Translations under genes and position numbers: made by a program | NCBI GenBank assembly: GCA_018985225.1 | Contig: JADGIF010000414.1 | Coordinates: 1 to 9,017 of the forward strand | From: Amoeboradix gromovi X-113 | Taxonomy: Eukaryota > Fungi > Sanchytriomycota | Length of the DNA stretch: 9,017 nucleotides | Direction: 5' to 3' | The notes under the pieces: generated by a model | Told to the model about the DNA's origin: nothing | The model's input: only the letters and a program-made list of their open reading frames with translations | The model's database searches: none | Part shown: one piece after another, positions 1 through 6,622 of the stretch | Layout: the number at the start of each line of letters is the position of its first letter | Numbering within the stretch: position 1 is the stretch's first letter

Positions 1-184
1 TTAAACGATCAACATTTCTACAAACCGAAAACAATGCTCAAAAACATGATGATGTTTCTGTGCTTTGGTCCGATACCATGCCTGGCAATTTAGAATCATC
101 ATGTATTGTATGATACAAATGTTTGCAATGATACATTCTGAAATTGTGCCTCTTGACATTGAATACATAATTTCATGACATGTG

Positions 185-3100
185 ATGAACAAATCAAATA
201 AAGCCATGGTAAAAGATGGTGTAAAAGATTACGGAGTCGCTAAATGTAACGCCACTCAAGGACGAAACATGGGTAAGCTGAAGAATTGCTTCGAGTTTCA
301 AAAAAGTAATAAATGCACCAGAGGCGACAACTGTGGGTATATTCATGAAAACCTAAAGCACCTCGTTTGTTTAGAATTGAAAAGAAGCGGAAATTGTAGA
401 TTTAACGACAAGTGTAAATTTTCTCACGATTTGGATGGAGAGGATAACAACACCACCACTTCAGAGTCTAAGTTTGAAAAAAGATTAAATTTCATCTACA
501 AGGCTGGTTACGGATGGGAGAATTTAAAAGTGGTGACTGTTTATAGAGCTTTAAAGGAGATCAACGATTTGAAAAAGATCAGCAGTTTTGTCACTGCATT
601 CATGTACATAATGGAAAATCACACAGACAAGTTAATCCGTAACTTATATGAGTATATGGATGCCATTAAACAAGTTTTGGACCGCAATGTCAGTGCAGAT
701 AAGGCAGCTGGTTTGAGTTGTTTCCAAACAACTGTAGTGCCACTGTTGGGCTTATTTTGTTCAAAGAAATTTGAGTCTAGTGCATTGTTGGGAGAGAAGA
801 TTAAAGTATTTGCACTTTTGGAAGGATTGGTGAATAGATTTGATACCACTTATCATGATGCTTTGTCTTGTTTAATAAACAATGGTCTTGATTCATATTG
901 GGAAGATGGAATTTTTAGAAATTGCAACACGCCAATGGTCTTGTCGGAATTGTTTTATCCAATCTTCAAAGTGTTGGCAAAGATTGAAGAGCATTGCCTT
1001 AATGCAAGATTAAATGATTCGGATGTATGGACTGCCATTAATAAAAAGTATATTTCTTTGTTTAAACAAGCAGAGGACAAGCATTTGTTTGATTTTAGAG
1101 AAGAAATAATTGTAAATCAAATCAAGATCATGGTCAAGCGCAAACAAGGAAAGTCGACCATATTTACACAACACAATCAAGAAACAATTACTGCAAACAG
1201 AAGCAACAACCCCGTTGTGCCACCAGGCAAAAGGCATGACAATGATTTTACAGATTTCACAAATATCAAAATCCTCCCAACGAATGAAGAATTGTCATCT
1301 CCAGTGGTACCATATTTGCCAAATAATATGGAGAATGGAAATATTGGTGATTTATCATCCATGGCACAGTTATTGGATACACAATTTAGATTAATGAGAT
1401 GGGATATTGTGTACATGTTGAAGGATGCACATTCTAGTATTCTAGCTAATGCAGAGGAAATTCTAGCATTACAGCAGTCTTGTTATAAGAAATACAATAA
1501 TGTTCCCTTGTTTGTGTACACCAATTGCAAGATTATGAATCCAAGTGTTACTAAACAAGGCTTGTCATTTAAAGTTGGATTTGATCAAATTGAGACAAAG
1601 AAGAAGAGTTTGGCTGATTTATATGAGAAGAAATTCCATAATGGACAATGCTATTTCCTATTGATGGGTAAGAGAATATTTATTACTGTTGTTGCACAGT
1701 CTGACAAGGATGATTTGATCTCCAAGACACCAAATGTCATCTTGACACCATTGGAAGACAAGGACAGACTAGAACTACAAGATATCTGGGTAAATACTTC
1801 TGTTAAGATGGCATTGGTAGAGTTGCCTAATATCTCATTAGTGGGCTATGTGTCTGTTTTACAAGCATTACAAGAACTTGCTTTTAGTGAGAATGTCATT
1901 TTGAACAACATCAGTTATGAATGTGATCCAATCGTGCTGAAGCAAGTACCAGATTATGCCATTAGTGCTGATTTTCGATTTGATTTAAATCATCTTGTTC
2001 CTGGATTGAAATTGAATGCAAATAATCCAAATGAAACCATTCAAGTTTTGTACAGGGAGACCACTCTAGACAAGACACAATGTGAAGCCATGGTAGCAGG
2101 ATTAACTCAGAAATTGAGTCTAATCAAGGGTCCACCTGGAACTGGTAAATCATTCACTGGAATCAAGATTATAGACACCATTTTAAAGAATAAAGCCTGT
2201 ATTGGCACATCTCCAGTTGTTATCATTGCGTATACAAATCATGCTCTTGATAATTTCTTGTTGGGTATCCTCGATGCAAATCCAAATGTAAAAATGATTC
2301 GTATTGGTGGCAGATCCAAAGTGGAAGAGATTCAAGGATTTGAATTAAACAAGTTGTTGAGAGAAAACAGAACCAAAAATCCAATTATTGGTAAATTAAA
2401 TAATGAATTACGACAATGTGATGAACGATATGCACAATGTTTAAATAAATCTAGCAATGCCAGTAAATACGCATTGTTTGTTGAAATGATCAAGATATTG
2501 GGTATTGATAATCCATTTGAAGGACAACAAGAGTTTGATGGATGGTTATTGTTTGAACCAGATCCAGTCAGTGTGGTAACTGAAGAAGAATTCGATGTCA
2601 AGTTTGAGAATTTTGAAGATTATCTGATTGAATTTGATGGTGTGCCAAGTGAATATGTCAAAAATGAGATGTTTAAATTGTGTTTGCCATTGAGAGATGT
2701 CATGTTTGATGAATTCACTGCAACGTTTAAACTGCGTAATAAAGAAGAAATGGAACAAATAACTGGAAGAATGGTAGAGTTGTACACGCAATTAAAAGAC
2801 GAACAATCAGCAGAGAAGATTAGGTTTTTACTACAACAGGAATTTGATATTATTGGTTTAACTACAACTGGATTATCAGGGAATATTAACTTAATTAACG
2901 CACTTGCTCCAAGAATTGTGTTTTGTGAAGAGGCTGCAGAGTGTTTAGAAGGACATATATTAGTAGCATTGCAGAATTCTGTACAGCAACTCATGTTGAT
3001 TGGAGATGATCAACAATTAACCCCTAAAATAAACAACCATGATTTATCAAAGCACCATCCGAGAAAGCAGCATAGATTGGACTTATCCATGTTTGAAAGA

Positions 3101-5842
3101 CTTGGTTTATTAAACGTCAAGATGCACACTTTGAATGTACAACGTCGAATGAGAACTGAAATTGCTAAACTCACTCGTGATGTTTATTATCCTGAACTAT
3201 TAGATGCAGATGAATGTGCTACAAGAGAAGACATCAAGGGATTCACTAGAAATGTTATATTTTTAGATCATTCTTTTCCAGAGTATTCAGAAGCAAATAA
3301 AACATCACACATCAACAAAAAGGAAGCAGAAATGACATTGGAAATTGTCAATTATTTAATAAATCAAGAATATAAACCAGAAGACATCACAGTGTTGACA
3401 CCTTATTTGGGACAAATGATGCAACTGCGTCAAATATTTCAAAATAAATTCATCGTTGTTATTGAAGAACAAGACATGGCAGAGTTGGAAGATGCCATGT
3501 TGACAGAAGATGTTGCACCATTAGATCCAACTATTGAAAGGAAATCTATGAAATGTATTCGTATTTCCACTGTAGACAACTTTCAAGGAGAAGAATCCAA
3601 AATCATTGTCATTTCTACAGTCCGTAATACGCCATCCAAAACAGCAGGATTCCTGACAATTGACAATAGAATTAATGTGATGCAATCAAGAGCTAGAGAT
3701 GGTATGATAATACTTGGTAGCAGAGAGTTGTTGGTGAATGGTAAAACTGCAAATCCAAATTGGTCTAAAATCATAAATATCATTTCTCATGTTGGACGAG
3801 TGTCTAATGATTTGGAATTGATATGTCAAGTACATGGAACATTAAACTACGTGTCCACTATAAATGATTTCAGTGCCAAAGTACCACTTGGTGGATGTTT
3901 AAAGAATTGTGGATTCAAGATGAGATGTGGCCATGCTTGTTCATTAAGTTGTCATCCCAAAGATAGGGCACATGTAGCCATTAAATGTGTTAAAGACTGT
4001 ATTCGTGTACTGCAATGTAACCATATTTGTACTAAATTGTGTCACCAAGACTGTGGAGACTGTGAGATTTTATTAAAGAATTTTAAATTACCCTGCAACC
4101 ACGTCATGAATGAAATATTGTGTGCAAATTCCACTAATCCTAAATACAAATGCAAAGTGCCAACTCAAGTTACCTTGGCATGTGGTCATTTGGCGTCTAA
4201 AAAGTGTCATTTAAATATTAAAGATGTCAAGTGCAAAGAACCTTGTAAAGCAGAACTAGAATGTGGGCATTATTGTACAGGACTATTTCATGTTTGTGAA
4301 AAGAACACGTCACATGTGGAGTGCAAAGAAACTTGTGATCAACTCTTGAATTGTAGTCATTTCTGTACTTCTACTTGTCATGCCAAGGATGTGCCACATG
4401 GTCTGTGTAATAAGCCTTGTTTTGCAAATTGCAGTCATTCCACTTGTAGTAAGAAATGCTCAGATTGGTGTAATGTCTGTATTGAGAAATGCCAAGACCA
4501 TTGCAAACATCAACTACCATGTGAATTACCATGTGGTGCACCATGTAATACGCCACCATGTAATAAAAGATGTGATTTAAAGCTGAAATGTGGTCATTTG
4601 TGTCCAACTGTTTGTGGTGAACAATGTCCCTTGATGGATTTTTGTCAAGAGTGTGGTAAAGAAGATATTTTACAACGACAAGCAGACGATATTATGATGG
4701 AAACATTAAAAGAAGTTGATTTGAATAAAAATCCCATTGTCATCTTTCCATGCCATCATTTTAGAACCATTGAATCTGCAGATGGATTATTGGAGATGAA
4801 CAAGTACTTTGAAGACAGCACTGGTACACCACTCCAACTAGCTAATATCATATCATTCCCTAAATGTCCAGAATGTCGTGGATTAATCATCAATATTCCT
4901 AGATATGCTAGGATTTGGAAAAAGGCAATGATTGATTACTGCAGTCATAAATTCAAAGCAAGATATCAAGAAAAGACATCCACATTGCAACTTTGTTTAT
5001 TAAATGGAATTAACAAGAAATTAAAGAAGAATGAATTGCCAATGGACAAGGCTCAGAATTATTATAAAACAAATATTGCAAGAATTGAATCAGAAATAAA
5101 AGAAATTAATAATGAAGATCCACATTTACGAATATTGGAGACTTTGCAAGATATCAGCACTATTGACTATTTGAAGATTCGTGATCAAAAGTCATTGAAT
5201 GCATTAAAAGAATTAAAAATGATGGCTGTTTCCAATGTCTTTGAGTACTTGGGAAAACATCTAGACAAGGGACAATCAGAAGAAGTTGTAGCATTTATTG
5301 ACAAGATAAAGACAGAGGGAATTGGATATTATGAAGAATGCAAAGCAAATGCAGTAGAAGCAAAGTTGTTGTTTAAAGAATTTGATATTGACATTTCTTA
5401 TATTCAGATGCTGGTTAAACATCTTGGGGTATTGTCAAAAATTTATCCAGAGATAAATGACGATGATGTTGCAGGTGTTAAAAAGGAAATTCAATTGATC
5501 CAGTTGAAATTCAATAATTATGCAATTGAAATGCCTGAAAAGAAAGTATTTATTAATGAGAAATCTCAGTCATTAATTGAATGTAGTTTGGCAGTCACAA
5601 GTATCGAACAAGGATCTTATGCATTTATTTTAAAAAGTGTTGTCAAAGCAATGGAGCGTGAAAATGGAAGACCATTGATATTTTATGAATGTCCAAATGG
5701 TCATTTATACACCATTGGGGAGTGTGGCATGGCAATGGAAGAGTCTATTTGTCCCACCTGTGGAGCTACTATTGGTGGTGCACATCACAGTTCTGCTACA
5801 GGGAATCGACAGGTGGGTCAAGCAAATCAAGTGTTGCAATAA
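185..5842 (+). CDS. ZNFX1: ZNFX1-like NFX1-type zinc finger RNA helicase / RZ-finger E3 ligase with two N-terminal CCCH fingers
   Basis: Uninterrupted ORF. The track starts at GTG 182; the first ATG is 185, with alternatives at 206 and 269. Family signature: RHDNDFTDFTNIKILPTNEEL...LLDTQFRLMRWD (from 1232). SF1 helicase motifs: GPPGTGKS, YTNHALD, EEAAE, IGDDQQL, SMFERL, QRRMR, TPYLGQ, STVDNFQGEE, NRINV..SRAR. These are followed by a Cys/His NF-X1 array and a C-terminal RZ finger. This domain order matches ZNFX1. Confidence 0.93.
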   Translation: MNKSNKAMVKDGVKDYGVAKCNATQGRNMGKLKNCFEFQKSNKCTRGDNCGYIHENLKHLVCLELKRSGNCRFNDKCKFSHDLDGEDNNTTTSESKFEKRLNFIYKAGYGWENLKVVTVYRALKEINDLKKISSFVTAFMYIMENHTDKLIRNLYEYMDAIKQVLDRNVSADKAAGLSCFQTTVVPLLGLFCSKKFESSALLGEKIKVFALLEGLVNRFDTTYHDALSCLINNGLDSYWEDGIFRNCNTPMVLSELFYPIFKVLAKIEEHCLNARLNDSDVWTAINKKYISLFKQAEDKHLFDFREEIIVNQIKIMVKRKQGKSTIFTQHNQETITANRSNNPVVPPGKRHDNDFTDFTNIKILPTNEELSSPVVPYLPNNMENGNIGDLSSMAQLLDTQFRLMRWDIVYMLKDAHSSILANAEEILALQQSCYKKYNNVPLFVYTNCKIMNPSVTKQGLSFKVGFDQIETKKKSLADLYEKKFHNGQCYFLLMGKRIFITVVAQSDKDDLISKTPNVILTPLEDKDRLELQDIWVNTSVKMALVELPNISLVGYVSVLQALQELAFSENVILNNISYECDPIVLKQVPDYAISADFRFDLNHLVPGLKLNANNPNETIQVLYRETTLDKTQCEAMVAGLTQKLSLIKGPPGTGKSFTGIKIIDTILKNKACIGTSPVVIIAYTNHALDNFLLGILDANPNVKMIRIGGRSKVEEIQGFELNKLLRENRTKNPIIGKLNNELRQCDERYAQCLNKSSNASKYALFVEMIKILGIDNPFEGQQEFDGWLLFEPDPVSVVTEEEFDVKFENFEDYLIEFDGVPSEYVKNEMFKLCLPLRDVMFDEFTATFKLRNKEEMEQITGRMVELYTQLKDEQSAEKIRFLLQQEFDIIGLTTTGLSGNINLINALAPRIVFCEEAAECLEGHILVALQNSVQQLMLIGDDQQLTPKINNHDLSKHHPRKQHRLDLSMFERLGLLNVKMHTLNVQRRMRTEIAKLTRDVYYPELLDADECATREDIKGFTRNVIFLDHSFPEYSEANKTSHINKKEAEMTLEIVNYLINQEYKPEDITVLTPYLGQMMQLRQIFQNKFIVVIEEQDMAELEDAMLTEDVAPLDPTIERKSMKCIRISTVDNFQGEESKIIVISTVRNTPSKTAGFLTIDNRINVMQSRARDGMIILGSRELLVNGKTANPNWSKIINIISHVGRVSNDLELICQVHGTLNYVSTINDFSAKVPLGGCLKNCGFKMRCGHACSLSCHPKDRAHVAIKCVKDCIRVLQCNHICTKLCHQDCGDCEILLKNFKLPCNHVMNEILCANSTNPKYKCKVPTQVTLACGHLASKKCHLNIKDVKCKEPCKAELECGHYCTGLFHVCEKNTSHVECKETCDQLLNCSHFCTSTCHAKDVPHGLCNKPCFANCSHSTCSKKCSDWCNVCIEKCQDHCKHQLPCELPCGAPCNTPPCNKRCDLKLKCGHLCPTVCGEQCPLMDFCQECGKEDILQRQADDIMMETLKEVDLNKNPIVIFPCHHFRTIESADGLLEMNKYFEDSTGTPLQLANIISFPKCPECRGLIINIPRYARIWKKAMIDYCSHKFKARYQEKTSTLQLCLLNGINKKLKKNELPMDKAQNYYKTNIARIESEIKEINNEDPHLRILETLQDISTIDYLKIRDQKSLNALKELKMMAVSNVFEYLGKHLDKGQSEEVVAFIDKIKTEGIGYYEECKANAVEAKLLFKEFDIDISYIQMLVKHLGVLSKIYPEINDDDVAGVKKEIQLIQLKFNNYAIEMPEKKVFINEKSQSLIECSLAVTSIEQGSYAFILKSVVKAMERENGRPLIFYECPNGHLYTIGECGMAMEESICPTCGATIGGAHHSSATGNRQVGQANQVLQ
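287..427 (+). other. Tandem CCCH zinc fingers (C-x8-C-x5-C-x3-H, two copies)
   Basis: CFEFQKSNKCTRGDNCGYIH (aa 36-55) and CLELKRSGNCRFNDKCKFSH (aa 63-82) both have exact CCCH spacing (aa numbering from the track ORF). Confidence 0.92.
2129..3721 (+). other. UPF1-like superfamily 1 helicase core
   Basis: Walker A GPPGTGKS at 2129-2152 and Walker B-type EEAAE at 2927-2941 (the ZNFX1-type variant of DEAA). Motifs III-VI follow in order, ending at SRARDGMIILGS. Confidence 0.93.
3890..4630 (+). repeat. NF-X1-type zinc-finger array (protein-level Cys/His repeats)
   Basis: Repeated units such as MRCGHACSLSCH, LQCNHICTKLCH, LACGHLASKKCH, LECGHYCTGLFH, LNCSHFCTSTCH and LKCGHLCPTVCG. Confidence 0.88.
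4643..4879 (+). other. Degenerate RING-like module of ZNFX1
   Basis: CQEC ... PCHHF ... CPECR. The central CxxC of a canonical RING is absent (ESAD occupies that position), as I recall for ZNFX1-family proteins. Confidence 0.6.
5681..5788 (+). other. RZ-type zinc finger (RNF213/ZNFX1 E3 module)
   Basis: FYECPNGHLYTIGECGMAMEESICPTCGATIGGAHH matches the RZ pattern CPNGH-x-Y-x-IGECG-x-AM-x4-CPxCGxxIGG-x2-H. The putative catalytic Cys (GECG) is at 5723-5725. Confidence 0.93.
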
Positions 5843-5856
5843 ATATTATATTTATT
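5838..5856. promoter_or_regulatory. Back-to-back candidate polyadenylation signals forming a 19-nt palindrome between convergent stop codons
   Basis: AATAAATAT-T-ATATTTATT. AATAAA on + (5838-5843) contains the ZNFX1 TAA. AATAAA on - (5851-5856) overlaps the TAA of the UGDH fragment (5855-5857). Confidence 0.5.
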
Positions 5857-6257
5857 ATAATGCCTTGCCAATACATTTGACTTCCAATCCCAATTCTTTT
5901 AATTGTGTGTGTGGTAGAATTAATCTGCCATGAAATATAAATGGTGGATTTGCCATTAATCCCCGTACTTTGTGGAAATCAATCCCAATAAATTCATCCC
6001 ATTCAGTCAATAAAATCAACGCATGTGCATCTGTAACAGCACTCAGTGCAGATGAACAAATGCAAACATTCTCAAACACTAGATGAGTTTAAATTTACAT
6101 TCTGGTCCCAAATCTCTCTCAATTTGCTGTGCATTCACTTTTGGATCATAAATTCGTAAGCAAGCACCTTCAATCAACAAATCTTTACATAGTTTGATGG
6201 CTGGTGAATCCCGTGTATACCACGTGTTCTTTTTAAATGCAAATCCCCAAGTGCAAA
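5855..6257 (-). pseudogene. UGDH: 5'-truncated UDP-glucose 6-dehydrogenase fragment (C-terminal UDP-binding domain only)
   Basis: GFAFKKNTWYTRDSPAIKLCKDLLIEGACLRIYDPKV...AVTDAHALILLTEWDEF...PFIFHGRLIL...CIGK matches the eukaryotic UGDH C-terminus (GFAFKKxTGDTRESxxI, YDPKV, TEWDEF, FDGR, IGK). Conserved GD is changed to WY (6217-6222) and DGR to HGR (5930-5932). No UGDH similarity is visible upstream of ~6257. The two track ORFs join via a 20-nt intron. Confidence 0.85.
6079..6098 (-). other. Candidate 20-nt GT-AG spliceosomal intron
   Basis: Minus strand GAA T|GTAAATTTAAACTCATCTAG|TG TTT GAG. Removal deletes the in-frame TAG and joins the two UGDH ORFs in frame (LGPE-L-FENV). Confidence 0.7.
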
Positions 6258-6353
6258 GTACTTTAAAGATGCGGCATGACAAATGACAAGTATAGAGTTA
6301 AAGTTCGCGAGATCTAGCACAAATATGGAAGAGTTACAGAGGTGTGCAGCTCT

Positions 6354-6590
6354 TATCAATTACTCTCTGGTTTAGAAGCGCATCCAGCAAGTAATCTTTT
6401 CATACATGTGCGTGATCTGTGCGCGTTTCACAAATAACGGAGATCCCTCAGGAGGTCCACATTTGCATCATGTTGTAATCAAATGTTATCGAGCAGCCTA
6501 TCTAGGCGCTATCGTCCTGATTTACAATGCCAATGATTGGGTAATATGGCCTCACTTTAAAAGTGGGGATGATACAAAATACAACTAGTT
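6354..6590 (+). pseudogene. Degraded CMGC/CDK-like protein kinase remnant (subdomains VIa-X)
   Basis: Collinear motifs across frames: YQLLSGLEAHPASNLFIHVRDL (6354-6419; cf. YQLLxGLxYLHSxxIIHRDL), HVVIKCYRAAYLGA (6469-6510; cf. xVVTRWYRAPELLLGA) and PHFKSGDD..QLV (6550-6590; cf. PLFxGDSxxDQL). Deletions and frameshifts separate them. Confidence 0.55.
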
Positions 6591-6622
6591 TGGGATAAAA
6601 GCCGAATCTTCCTGTTTGTGCA

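Noticed and set aside
1-207. 68-aa minus-strand ORF and RING-like words in other frames (CIQC, CKHLYH)
   Set aside because: No recognisable family. The Cys/His words are in different frames and too short to support even a pseudogene call.
619-4607. Short antisense and alternate-frame ORFs inside the ZNFX1 gene
   Set aside because: Shadow ORFs of a long, codon-biased CDS. The Val/His-rich ones simply mirror the Cys/His codons of the zinc-finger array.
5685-5933. Two short plus-strand ORFs overlapping the ZNFX1 3' end
   Set aside because: Alternate frames of the RZ finger region with no independent coding evidence.
6406-6588. 60-aa ORF as a stand-alone gene
   Set aside because: Better explained as one open frame of the degraded CDK-like remnant.
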